Source: Alphaproteobacteria bacterium
Lineage (GTDB): Bacteria; Pseudomonadota; Alphaproteobacteria; JACAEB01
DNA: 64,000 bases
Reading direction: 5' to 3'
NCBI GenBank assembly: GCA_024236075.1
Contig: JACKLE010000006.1
Coordinates: 23,908-87,907, forward strand
Shown here: piece after piece, positions 17,886 through 26,825 of the stretch
How the letters are laid out: each line of letters begins with the position of its first letter
Numbering within the stretch: position 1 is the stretch's first letter
The notes under the pieces: generated by a model
The model's input: only the letters and a program-made list of their open reading frames with translations
The model's database searches: none
What the model was told of the DNA's origin: nothing
Translations under genes and position numbers: made by a program

Positions 17886-18677
17886 ATGCCGGACTTCCTC
17901 CTGCGCGCCCTCATGGGGGGCCTTGCCTTCTCGGTCATGTGCGCGCCGGTGGGCTGCGTCGTCGTCTGGCGGCGCCTCGCCTATTTCGGCAATGCGGTCT
18001 CCCACGCGGCGCTTCTCGGGCTCGCGCTCGGGCTTGCCTTCGAGGTCAACCTCATGGCCAGCGTCTTCGCGGTCTCGGTCGCGAGCGCGCTTCTTCTCCA
18101 CCGCCTCGATCGCAGCTCGAGCCTCTCGGAGGACACGGCGCTCGGCATCATCGCCCATGGCGCGCTCGCCGCGGGCTATATCGCGCTCGCCTTCCTCGGC
18201 CCGGTGCGCGTGGATCTCATGGCCTATCTTTTCGGCGACATATTGGCGCTCACATGGTTCGACGTCGGCCTCGCCTGCGCGGGCGCCGTCCTCACCGCGA
18301 TCGTCATGGGATTCATATGGCGCCCGCTGGTCTCGGTCGCCGTGGACGAGGAGGTGGCGATCGTCGAGGGCGTCGATGCGCGCGCGGTGCGGCTCGTCTT
18401 CATGACGACGCTCGCGCTCGTCGTCGCCGTGGGCCTTCAGATCGTCGGCGCGCTCCTCGTCGTCTCGCTGCTGATCATTCCGCCCGCCGCGGCGCGCAGC
18501 TTCGCGCGCTCGCCCGAGGAGATGGCGGCGGGCGCGGTCGTCGTCGGGTTCGCGTCGGTCGGGATCGGGCTTCAGGCCTCGCGGCTCGCGGACGTGCCCG
18601 CAGGCCCGGCCATCGTGGTCGCGGCGTGCGGGATTTTCGCGGCGAGCCTCGCAATGGGCCGCCTACGGCGTATCTGA
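17886..18677 (+). CDS. znuB: Zinc ABC transporter permease
   Basis: Last 263 codons of track ORF 16185..18677. ATG at 17886 lies 2 nt after the znuC stop. Multi-TM ABC-3 family permease. Confidence 0.85.
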   Translation: MPDFLLRALMGGLAFSVMCAPVGCVVVWRRLAYFGNAVSHAALLGLALGLAFEVNLMASVFAVSVASALLLHRLDRSSSLSEDTALGIIAHGALAAGYIALAFLGPVRVDLMAYLFGDILALTWFDVGLACAGAVLTAIVMGFIWRPLVSVAVDEEVAIVEGVDARAVRLVFMTTLALVVAVGLQIVGALLVVSLLIIPPAAARSFARSPEEMAAGAVVVGFASVGIGLQASRLADVPAGPAIVVAACGIFAASLAMGRLRRI

Positions 18678-19101
18678 CTTTTGCGTAACGATTCCCGCCG
18701 CGGATCGCCCGGAGGGATCCGGGCCGGAAAGCCTGTTGGGGTAGAGGGTGGGGACGGCTATCCGAGCCCGGATCCGCTTCCGCGGAAGACTTGGACGGTG
18801 TGGGTCACCGGATCTCGAAGAACGCCGAGGCGCAAAGCATGCGCTCCAAGTGTTGCGACACTGAGCGATTCGGCGCAGATGGCGCAAGCGGAAAAAGAAA
18901 TCTTCCGCTCCCCGGCGCGAAGGCGTTTGTGAATTCCCGAGATCGCCGCGGAACCGCGCCATTTCGTCCGCGGACGGCCTTCGATGCGAAGCGCCGGGCC
19001 GATCGTCCCCGCCGCATGCGTCGCGCGGGATGCGGCACGGCCCGGCCCCGGCTATCGTCGTCCGGACGCCGAGCGAGGCCGCGAAGGCCCCGCGCGCAGC
19101 C

Positions 19102-19656
19102 ATGGGAGAGACCGAAATGCCCAAAGCGCCCCGACTTGCGCCGCTGAAGCCCGAGGAATGGACGGACGAAATGCGGGCCCTGCTCGCTCCGGTCACCCGG
19201 CGCAACGGCTCCGTCTTCAACATCTTCGCGACCTTCGTGCGCAACCCGACCGCCTTCAAGGCCTTCCTGCCCTGGGCGACGCATGTCTTGAACCATTCCA
19301 GCCTGCCGCCGCGCGAGCGCGAGATTCTCATCCTGCGCACGGGGCATCTTTCGGGCTCGGACTACGAATGGCGCCAGCACGTGCGAATCGCGCGCCATGT
19401 CGGCATGAACGACGCGGACATCGCGCGCGTGAAGGAGGGCGCCGCGGCCGGGGGCTGGACGGCCGGGGAGCGCGCGCTTCTCGCGCTCGCCGACGAGCTT
19501 CACGCGCGACAGAAGGCGAGCGATGCGACCTGGGCGGAGCTCGCGCGCCATTTCCGGGAAGAGCAGGTCATGGACGCGATCTTCTGCGTCGGGCTCTACA
19601 CGGCGATCGCCATGGCCCTCAACAGCTTCGGCGTCGAGGTCGATGCGGGCCTCTGA
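19102..19656 (+). CDS. Carboxymuconolactone decarboxylase (CMD/AhpD-like) family protein
   Basis: Track ORF 19030..19656(+). Start set at MGETEMPKAPRL (alternative 19117). ...REREILILRTGHLSGSDYEWRQHVRIARHVG... is the CMD motif. Confidence 0.7.
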   Translation: MGETEMPKAPRLAPLKPEEWTDEMRALLAPVTRRNGSVFNIFATFVRNPTAFKAFLPWATHVLNHSSLPPREREILILRTGHLSGSDYEWRQHVRIARHVGMNDADIARVKEGAAAGGWTAGERALLALADELHARQKASDATWAELARHFREEQVMDAIFCVGLYTAIAMALNSFGVEVDAGL

Positions 19657-19662
19657 GGCTCC

Positions 19663-20778
19663 TCAGGCGCCGTCGAAGAGGGCGGCGAAGAAGCCCGCTT
19701 CCGAGAAGCGCCGTCCGGGCGACTGCGACGCGCGCCGGTCCTCGTCGGAGAGCGATTCGAGGTCGATCTGACGCACGATGACGAGGTCGAGCGAGGGGAT
19801 CACGTAGAGCCCGTTCCGGCCGGCGCCGAGCGCGCCCGCGAGATCGGTGTAACCGCCGTGATATTGAAAGCCGCCCTTCGCGCCCGGCGGCGGGGCCTGC
19901 ATGTCGGTCGTGCCGAAGCCGTTCTGGAAATTGAGCCACCAGGTGAGCCCGTATCCCGGATTGGCCGTGGACGGAGCGAAGCAGGCCGCGAGCAGGTCCC
20001 TCGGGACGATCTGCCGGCCTTCCCACTCGCCCTCGAGGCGCACGAGCTCGCCCAGTTTCAGCCAGTTGCGCGCCGTGATGAAGCAGCCGTTCGGGATGTG
20101 CGGATTGCCGGCGTCGTCGCGCACCCACTCGCCGTATTCGAGGCCGATGGGCCTCAGGATGCGCGCCTCGAGATAGGCGAGGGGATCCTGGCCGCGGGAT
20201 GCGAGCTTGCGCTTGAAGATTTCGCCGAGCGCGTAGAAATGGCTTGGGCCGTAGCGGAAGGTCGAGCCCGGCTCGCTCTCGCAGGGCAGCGTGATGGCGT
20301 AGGCGTATTTGTCGGGGGCCCAGGTCTCGCGCCGGCGGTTGCCCTGCAGCTTCGGGATGTCCTCCTTGAGGCCGCTCGAGAGATTGAGGAGGTGGCGCAG
20401 CGTGATGCGCGCCCGCACGGGATCGGCCTTCCATTCGGGCAGCGTCTGCGTCGCGGGCTCGTCGATCGCGAGAAGGCCGTCCTCGACCATCGCCGCGGCG
20501 GCGACGCCCCAGAAGCTCTTGGTCGCGCTGTGCATATGCACGGGCTTCTGCGGATCGGTGCCGTTCTCGTAGCGCTCGAAGACCACCTCGCCGCCGATCG
20601 CGGCGAGCAGGCTCACGCCGCCGCGATCGCGGGAATAGGCGGCCGCGCGCTCGAAATCGGCCATGCCCGGCGTCGCCGCGAAAGCGCCTCGCGGGACGAG
20701 CCCGCCTGCCGCCGCTCCGGCCGCCGCACCCAGCATTGCCGTCCGCCGCGTGACGCGGACCGCGCGCGCCTTGACCAT
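19663..20778 (-). CDS. Serine hydrolase, beta-lactamase/esterase (class C-like) family, Tat/Sec-exported
   Basis: Track ORF 19663..20877(-). Start at MVKARAVRVTRRTAMLGAAAGAAAGG (twin-Arg signal-like). SATKSF is an S-x-x-K active-site motif. Confidence 0.75.
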   Translation of the reverse strand: MVKARAVRVTRRTAMLGAAAGAAAGGLVPRGAFAATPGMADFERAAAYSRDRGGVSLLAAIGGEVVFERYENGTDPQKPVHMHSATKSFWGVAAAAMVEDGLLAIDEPATQTLPEWKADPVRARITLRHLLNLSSGLKEDIPKLQGNRRRETWAPDKYAYAITLPCESEPGSTFRYGPSHFYALGEIFKRKLASRGQDPLAYLEARILRPIGLEYGEWVRDDAGNPHIPNGCFITARNWLKLGELVRLEGEWEGRQIVPRDLLAACFAPSTANPGYGLTWWLNFQNGFGTTDMQAPPPGAKGGFQYHGGYTDLAGALGAGRNGLYVIPSLDLVIVRQIDLESLSDEDRRASQSPGRRFSEAGFFAALFDGA

Positions 20779-20903
20779 GGCTGAAGAACCCTCCCTGTCG
20801 GCTTGTTCCCGCATCCTGCGACGCCCGAGAGGCAAGTCAAGCGGCGCCCGGCCCGTCGCACCGCGCGCGCCTGCCATGCGTCCGGCGAATTTGAGGCGCG
20901 CTT

Positions 20904-20924
20904 ATAATAAGCTTAACTTATTAT
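20904..20924. promoter_or_regulatory. AT-rich perfect inverted repeat ATAATAAG-cttaa-CTTATTAT (probable MarR operator) overlapping a perfect TATAAT hexamer (20903-20908)
   Basis: Read directly from the sequence. An island of ~20% GC inside 70% GC DNA immediately upstream of, and overlapping, the first ATG of the marR ORF. Confidence 0.5.
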
Positions 20925-21465
20925 GGGTAAAGCTCACTATAGCCGCGACCCACTACCTGGAGGCTCCCCCGTGGCCGAACCGATCGCTTCCCCCGAGCGC
21001 AGCGTGCTCTTTCTCCTGAGCGACACGGCGCGTCTCATTCGCCGCGATTTCGACCGTCGCGCGCGCGATCTCGGCCTCACGCGCGCGCAATGGCAGGTCC
21101 TCGCCTATCTCTCGATCTACGAGGGCATCAACCAGGCGGGGCTCGCCGAGCGGCTCGACATCGAGCCCATCACGCTGGTGCGCCATCTCGACCGCCTCGA
21201 GGCCCAGGACCTGATCGAGCGCCGCCCCGATCCCGCCGACCGTCGCGCGCGCACGCTCTATCTCAGGCCCGCGGCCGAGAAGGTGCTCGAGACCATTCGC
21301 GCGCTCGCGAACGAAATGCGCGCAGCGGTGCTGGAGGGCGTTTCCGCGCGCGACGAGGCGCGCCTTGTCGACGACCTCCTGCGCATCCGGGGCAATCTCG
21401 CCGCCAGCGCGGCCGGCACGGCGCCGGGACCTCGCCCGGCGAGCGCCGCGGGGGCCAAGCGATGA
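20923..21465 (+). CDS. MarR-family transcriptional regulator
   Basis: ORF track 20923..21465(+). wHTH LTRAQWQVLAYLSIYEGINQAGLAERLDIEPITLVRHLDRLEAQDLIER. The true start may be the in-frame GTG at ~20971 because the ATG lies inside the operator palindrome. Confidence 0.8.
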   Translation: MGKAHYSRDPLPGGSPVAEPIASPERSVLFLLSDTARLIRRDFDRRARDLGLTRAQWQVLAYLSIYEGINQAGLAERLDIEPITLVRHLDRLEAQDLIERRPDPADRRARTLYLRPAAEKVLETIRALANEMRAAVLEGVSARDEARLVDDLLRIRGNLAASAAGTAPGPRPASAAGAKR

Positions 21466-22556
21466 GCGAGCCCGCCTCTTTCCGCCTGCCCCGTCTCAGC
21501 GCGAAGCTCGTGCGGCGCGCTCTCCTTGTCCTCGGGCCGGTCGCGCTCGGCATCGCGATCGTTGCGATCTTCTTCTGGCCGCGCGGCACCGTGACGAGCG
21601 ACAACGCCTATCTGCAGGCGGGCAAGGTCGCGGTCAGCGCCAATGTGTCGGGGCGCGTCGACGACGTGCTCGTCCACGAGAACGCCCATGTCGCGGCGGG
21701 GGACGTCCTTTTCCGTATCGAGAGCGCCCGCTTCGAGGTCGCGAAGGACCAGGCGGCGGCGGCCCTCGCCGAGGCGCGCGCCGAGATCGCGGCCATGAAG
21801 GCGCGCTACCGCCAGCAGGAGGCGGGCCTGCGCGAGGCGCAGGCCGAGCTCGCCTTCGCGTCGCGCGAATTCGAGCGGCAGACGCGGCTCGGCAAGACGC
21901 ATGTCGTCTCGGCCTCGCAGATCGACGAGGTGGGCCTCGCGCGCGACAAGGCGGCCGCGAGCGTCGCCGCGCTGACCGAGGAGCTCGCCTCGCTTGCCGC
22001 CGAGCTCGGCGGGGACCCTTCGGCTCCCGTCGAGAGCCATCCGCGCTATCTCGGGGCCAAGGCCGCGCTCGCGCGCGCCGAGCTCGATCTCGCCGACACC
22101 GTCGTGCGCGCGCCCGTGAGCGGCATCGTCACGCAGTCGGACGATTTCCTCAAGGGCGACCACGTCGAGCCCGGCCGGCCGCTTTTCGTCCTTGTCGAGA
22201 CGGACCGCATCTGGGTCGAGGCCAATCTCAAGGAAACGCACATCACGGATCTGAGGCCGGGCCAGAAGGCGCGCGTGACGGTCGACGCCTATCCCGGGCG
22301 CTCCTGGAACGCCGTCGTGGTGAGCCTCTCGCCCGGCACCGGCTCCGAGTTCGGCATCCTGCCTCCGCAGAACGCCCTCGGGAACTGGGTGAAGGTCACC
22401 CAGCGCGTGCCCGTGCGCCTCGCGCTCGAGCGGCGCGAGGGCGATCCGCCCTTGCGCGTCGGCATGAGCGCCGGCGTGGAGATCGAAACGCACGGCACGG
22501 CCGGCGCGGACGACGGCCTCGCCTTCGCTTCCGGAGGCGGCAGGCCCGCGCCATGA
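21462..22556 (+). CDS. emrA: HlyD/EmrA-family membrane fusion protein of an MFS efflux pump
   Basis: Last 364 codons of track ORF 21090..22556. ATG 21462 overlaps the marR stop (ATGA). N-terminal TM, coiled coil, biotinyl-lipoyl-like motifs (VVRAPVSGIV). Confidence 0.8.
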   Translation: MSEPASFRLPRLSAKLVRRALLVLGPVALGIAIVAIFFWPRGTVTSDNAYLQAGKVAVSANVSGRVDDVLVHENAHVAAGDVLFRIESARFEVAKDQAAAALAEARAEIAAMKARYRQQEAGLREAQAELAFASREFERQTRLGKTHVVSASQIDEVGLARDKAAASVAALTEELASLAAELGGDPSAPVESHPRYLGAKAALARAELDLADTVVRAPVSGIVTQSDDFLKGDHVEPGRPLFVLVETDRIWVEANLKETHITDLRPGQKARVTVDAYPGRSWNAVVVSLSPGTGSEFGILPPQNALGNWVKVTQRVPVRLALERREGDPPLRVGMSAGVEIETHGTAGADDGLAFASGGGRPAP

Positions 22557-24172
22557 ACGTGCCTCTCACCGGCGCCGCGATCGAGCTGCCGCCCTGGCGG
22601 CGGCGGATCGTCATCGCCGCCGTGATGCTCGCGACGACGCTCATGGCGCTCGACTCGACGATCGCCAATGTCGCCCTGCCGCATATGCGCGGCAGCCTCT
22701 CGGCGACGACCGACCAGATCGCCTGGGTCGTCACCGGCTACATCGTCGCGAGCGCCATCGCGACGCCGCTCATCGGCGCGGTCGCCGCGCGCATCGGGCG
22801 CAAGACCATCTTCCTTACCGCGATCATCGCCTTTTCGGCGACATCGGCCATGTGCGGCCTTTCGACCTCGCTCGGCGAGCTCGTGTTCTTCCGTGTGCTG
22901 CAGGGCATGTCGGGCGCGGCCTTCGTGCCGCTCTCGCAATCGATCCTCTTCGACATCACCCCGCGCGAGCGCTACGGGCAGGGCATGGCGGTGTTCGGCC
23001 TCGGCGTCATGGGCGGGCCGGTTCTGGGGCCCGTGCTCGGCGGCCTGCTCACCGACCAGTTCTCCTGGCGCTGGGTCTTCTTCATCAACCTGCCCATCAC
23101 CGCGGCGGCCTTCACGCTGTGCTTCATCTTCCTTCCCGGGCTGCCGCGCGACCGCTCGCGGCGCTTCGACTTCTTCGGCTTCGCCCTCCTGAGCACCGCG
23201 CTGGCCGCGATCCAGCTCATGCTCGACCGCGGGCAGAGCGCCGACTGGCTCGAATCGCGCGAGATCGTCCTCGAGCTCGTGATCGGCGTCGTCGCCTTCT
23301 ACATGTTCCTCGTGCACATGTTCACGAGCAAGTCGCCCTATGTGAGCCCCGAGATATTCCGGGACCGGAATTTCTCCAACGGCCTGATGGTCTCGGTGGC
23401 GGTGGGGCTCGTCCTCTATTCGGGGTCGACCATGATGGCGACCTTTCTCCAGGAGCTTCGCGGGTTCGACGTCTACGAGGCGGGCATGCTGCTCGCGCCG
23501 CGCGGCGTCGGCACGGGGATCGCCATGTTCACCGTCGGACGCCTCATCGCGCGGACCGATCCGCGGCTCTTGCTGTTCGGCGGCATCCTGGTCATGGCGG
23601 CTTCGCTGCACCAGATGAGCACCTTCACGGCGCAGACGCCGGCCATCGACATCATCGTCGCGGGCACCTGCCAGGGCCTCGGCATGGGATTCGTCTTCGT
23701 GCCGATCTCGAGCATGGGCTTCGCGACGCTCCCCGCCGCGCTCCGCACGGAAGCGACCGGCATTCACACGCTCTCGCGCAGCCTCGGCGGCTCAATCGGC
23801 GTCGCCGTCGCGGCTGCCCTCCTCGCCTCGAAGAGCGAGGAGAGCTTCGCGCTCTCGCTCGGCGACGTCTCGCTCTACAGCGAGGCCTGGCGGCGGCTCG
23901 GCGACGGCCTCTTCTCGCTCACCGATCCGAGGGGGCTCGCGGTTCTGCGAATGATGATCGCGCACAACGCGCTCGAGAGCGCCTACCAGGCGACCTTCTT
24001 CGTCATGGCTGTCGCCGTGCTCGCGGCCGCGCCGCTCGTCTTCCTCCTGAAGCGCCCCCCGCCGCTCGGCGCGGCTGCGCCCGCTTCCTCGGCGCCGGCA
24101 AAGGCGGAATCGCCCGAGCCTCGAACGCCCGAGCCCGTCTCCCCGCGGGTCGCCCCGGTTCCGGCGCGCTGA
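22553..24172 (+). CDS. emrB: MFS drug efflux transporter, EmrB/QacA (14-TM) family
   Basis: Last 539 codons of track ORF 21365..24172. ATG 22553 overlaps the emrA stop (ATGA). MALDSTIANVALPHM...GRKTIFL... are typical DHA2 motifs. Confidence 0.85.
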   Translation: MNVPLTGAAIELPPWRRRIVIAAVMLATTLMALDSTIANVALPHMRGSLSATTDQIAWVVTGYIVASAIATPLIGAVAARIGRKTIFLTAIIAFSATSAMCGLSTSLGELVFFRVLQGMSGAAFVPLSQSILFDITPRERYGQGMAVFGLGVMGGPVLGPVLGGLLTDQFSWRWVFFINLPITAAAFTLCFIFLPGLPRDRSRRFDFFGFALLSTALAAIQLMLDRGQSADWLESREIVLELVIGVVAFYMFLVHMFTSKSPYVSPEIFRDRNFSNGLMVSVAVGLVLYSGSTMMATFLQELRGFDVYEAGMLLAPRGVGTGIAMFTVGRLIARTDPRLLLFGGILVMAASLHQMSTFTAQTPAIDIIVAGTCQGLGMGFVFVPISSMGFATLPAALRTEATGIHTLSRSLGGSIGVAVAAALLASKSEESFALSLGDVSLYSEAWRRLGDGLFSLTDPRGLAVLRMMIAHNALESAYQATFFVMAVAVLAAAPLVFLLKRPPPLGAAAPASSAPAKAESPEPRTPEPVSPRVAPVPAR

Positions 24173-24258
24173 AGCCCCGGCGCCCCTTTCCGCCTGCCGC
24201 CCAACCTGTTAGATAACCCCCCTTCCCAGGCCGGGGCCCACGGGGCCCCCGGCGCGGC

Positions 24259-24333
<75 letters not shown>

Positions 24334-24363
24334 GAATCGGGCTGCGCCCATCGGGCATGCGCT

Positions 24364-25734
24364 TCACGGACCGGGCTTGGGCGCCGCGACCGAAGCCGGC
24401 GCGAAGACCTTGGAGAAGTCCACCTCGGTGAGGTCGATCGGCGGCCACGGGAAAGGCTCCGCGCCTTCGTCGAGCGGCATGAGGCCGGCCTCCTGCCCGC
24501 GCGACACGCGGCCGTCGAGATATTCCTTGATGAGGACGATTTTGCCGTCGGCGACGCGGCCGAGCGCGACCGTGCCGGCGACGCTGCGCCGGCCCGTGTC
24601 CTTTCGCGTGGTGGCGAACTGATATTCGGCGGCGAAGGCGTCGCCCTCGACCAGGATGCGGCGGATGTAGACCTTGGTGTCCTCGTACTCGGCGCTCCAT
24701 TTGTCGAAGACCGCGAGCGCGCCGGCGAGGTCGGTGCGTCGGCCGGGAAACGCGAAGACGAGGTCCTCGTGCGCCGTGGCGCGAAACTGGTCGCGGTCGC
24801 GGGTCTCCCAGCTCTCGAGCGAAGCCGTCACGAGCGCCGCGATCTCGTCGCGCGGCGCGGGCGCGGGATCGGGCGCGGCGCGCCGCCCGGCCATGTGGCG
24901 CATATAGGCGAGAATGCCGTCGAGCGCGGCGTCCGGGAGAATGTCGGTGCCGAAGGGACCCATGGGCGTGTTCGGGTTCGCCCGCACGCTCTGGCTGTCG
25001 CGGATGAATTGGCGCGCCACGCCCTCGGCGAAATAGTCGAGCGGGCTCATCGGGACGTTGAGATCGGGGCCGACCCGTCCCGGCCCCTGCCCGTTCATGG
25101 TATGGCAGGCGAGGCAGTTCTTCGCGAAGGCGGCGAAGCCCGCGCGGATCGGATCCCCGTCCGGAACATCCGCAGCCGGAACGATCGCCGGATAGAGGGT
25201 CTCGAGCGAGCTCTTGACCTCGATGCGGTCGATCATGAAGGGCCACTCCTCCCGGCCGATTCCCGAAAGCTCGGGATGGATCCAGACGAGATAGAAGGGG
25301 CCCGGCGAGACCTCCCGCCTTGGCAGCGGCGGCCATTTGCGCGCCGGATCCTCGACGGCGAGATAGGCGATCGCTCCGCCGGGCGCCGTGTTGGCGAGGA
25401 TGTCCGGCGCGAGGCTCGTCGCGAATCCGTCGCGCGCGAGGAACTCGACGCTCGCATCCCGCGGCATCGGCACGCCCTCGAGGAGCCGCGCCATCGTCAC
25501 GGCACGGAATGTCATTTCCTGGCCGGGATAGGCGCCGACATCGGCGATCGCGATCTCCTCGACATCGGGTCGCGCGAGCAGCTCGCGGGCACTGTAGGTC
25601 CGCGCGCCGCCGTCGTGGCGGATGAGCAGAATGGGATCGGCCTGGGCTTCCGCCGCGGGAGCGGGGGGCGCCGAGAGCCCGGCGAGAACGGCCAGCGCGA
25701 GCGCAGCGCGCCCGCCGAGATTCATGAGGCGCAT
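24364..25734 (-). CDS. Secreted three-domain protein: unknown N-domain + mono-haem cytochrome c (CLACH) + C-terminal NTF2/SnoaL-like domain
   Basis: Track ORF 24364..25905(-). Start at MRLMNLGGRAALALAVLAGLSAPPAPA (signal). CxxCH haem-binding motif. C-terminal ~120 aa with the SnoaL/NTF2-like pattern. Confidence 0.6.
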   Translation of the reverse strand: MRLMNLGGRAALALAVLAGLSAPPAPAAEAQADPILLIRHDGGARTYSARELLARPDVEEIAIADVGAYPGQEMTFRAVTMARLLEGVPMPRDASVEFLARDGFATSLAPDILANTAPGGAIAYLAVEDPARKWPPLPRREVSPGPFYLVWIHPELSGIGREEWPFMIDRIEVKSSLETLYPAIVPAADVPDGDPIRAGFAAFAKNCLACHTMNGQGPGRVGPDLNVPMSPLDYFAEGVARQFIRDSQSVRANPNTPMGPFGTDILPDAALDGILAYMRHMAGRRAAPDPAPAPRDEIAALVTASLESWETRDRDQFRATAHEDLVFAFPGRRTDLAGALAVFDKWSAEYEDTKVYIRRILVEGDAFAAEYQFATTRKDTGRRSVAGTVALGRVADGKIVLIKEYLDGRVSRGQEAGLMPLDEGAEPFPWPPIDLTEVDFSKVFAPASVAAPKPGP

Positions 25735-25771
25735 GTCGAAACCTCCGGCCGGACCGGCCTTTTTCATCCAA

Positions 25772-26755
25772 CTACGGAGCATTGCCGCGCTGCGACACCT
25801 CTTCGGCGAAGGCGCGGATGCGCTCGGCGAGCGTCGCGCTCTCCCATCGGGTACGGAACACCGGAATGGTGGCGAGCGAATGGCCCGCGCCGTCGAGGCG
25901 GGCATAGAGATGGGTCACGCCCCGGCCCGCAAGGGCGGCCGCGAGGCGGTCGCTGGCGGCGACGCCGACGTAAGGGTCCCCGATCGCATGAACGAGAAGG
26001 GCGGGGGGATCGTCCGCGTCGACGAGCCGCTCGAGCCCCGCGAGCCCGCCCGAGATGGAAACGACGCCCGCGGGCCGCGGCGCAGGCGGTTCGACGAGAT
26101 CGTCCGCCGCATAGGCGAGGAGGTTCGCCGTCACCGCGCCCGCCGAGGCGCCGAGGAGCACGACGCGCTCCGCGTCGAGCCCGCGGGCGCGGCCTTCCGC
26201 ATGCACCCAGTTCAGGACGGCTGCCGCATCCTCGACGGCCGAGGCCATGGCGGCGGCGAACCGACCGGAGAGCATGCCGTCGCGGTATTCGTCGAGGCCG
26301 ATGCGCGTTGGGCCCGGCGAATAGGCGCCCGCGCCGTCGAGGCAGGCCCGAGGCGGCGGGCGCTCCGATCCCTCCGCGCATGCGCACTCGGAGCAGAACT
26401 GCGCCGACAGCGCATCGGCGAGCGCGGACCGCAGGCGCGCGACGGCGGCGCCTGCCACCGGCGCGTCGCGCGTCGTGCGGTAATTTGCCGCGAGAACGGC
26501 GAAGCCGGCCGATGCGAGGTCGATCATCAGCTTTTCGGAGGCGCCGCCATAGTCGCCATATTTGTCGCCGCCCTGAAAGCCGCCGCCATGGAGGTAGAGA
26601 ATGACGGGGCGCGGCGGACGCCCGATGTCCGGCGACCAGTAGAGATCGAGCGCGAGGGGAACCGGGCCGGCCTCCCCCATGCCCTGCCCGTAGACGATGT
26701 CCCGTTCGAGGCGCACCTCGAAAGGCGCCCCCCGGGCGTGCGGCCAAGGGCCCAT
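25772..26755 (-). CDS. Alpha/beta-hydrolase fold esterase/lipase (HGGGF oxyanion hole, GASAG nucleophile elbow)
   Basis: Track ORF 25772..27127(-). Its 5' part overlaps the TonB-receptor gene region and is likely artefact. Start ambiguous: ATG 26755 (MGPWPHARGAP...) or GTG 26824 (which would add a signal peptide but abut the divergent receptor ATG). Confidence 0.65.
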   Translation of the reverse strand: MGPWPHARGAPFEVRLERDIVYGQGMGEAGPVPLALDLYWSPDIGRPPRPVILYLHGGGFQGGDKYGDYGGASEKLMIDLASAGFAVLAANYRTTRDAPVAGAAVARLRSALADALSAQFCSECACAEGSERPPPRACLDGAGAYSPGPTRIGLDEYRDGMLSGRFAAAMASAVEDAAAVLNWVHAEGRARGLDAERVVLLGASAGAVTANLLAYAADDLVEPPAPRPAGVVSISGGLAGLERLVDADDPPALLVHAIGDPYVGVAASDRLAAALAGRGVTHLYARLDGAGHSLATIPVFRTRWESATLAERIRAFAEEVSQRGNAP

Positions 26756-26825
26756 CGCGACGGCGAGCGCGAGCGCCGCGCAGCGGCTGACCCGGCGGAC
26801 CGTCCTGTGATAACGAGGGGGCACG

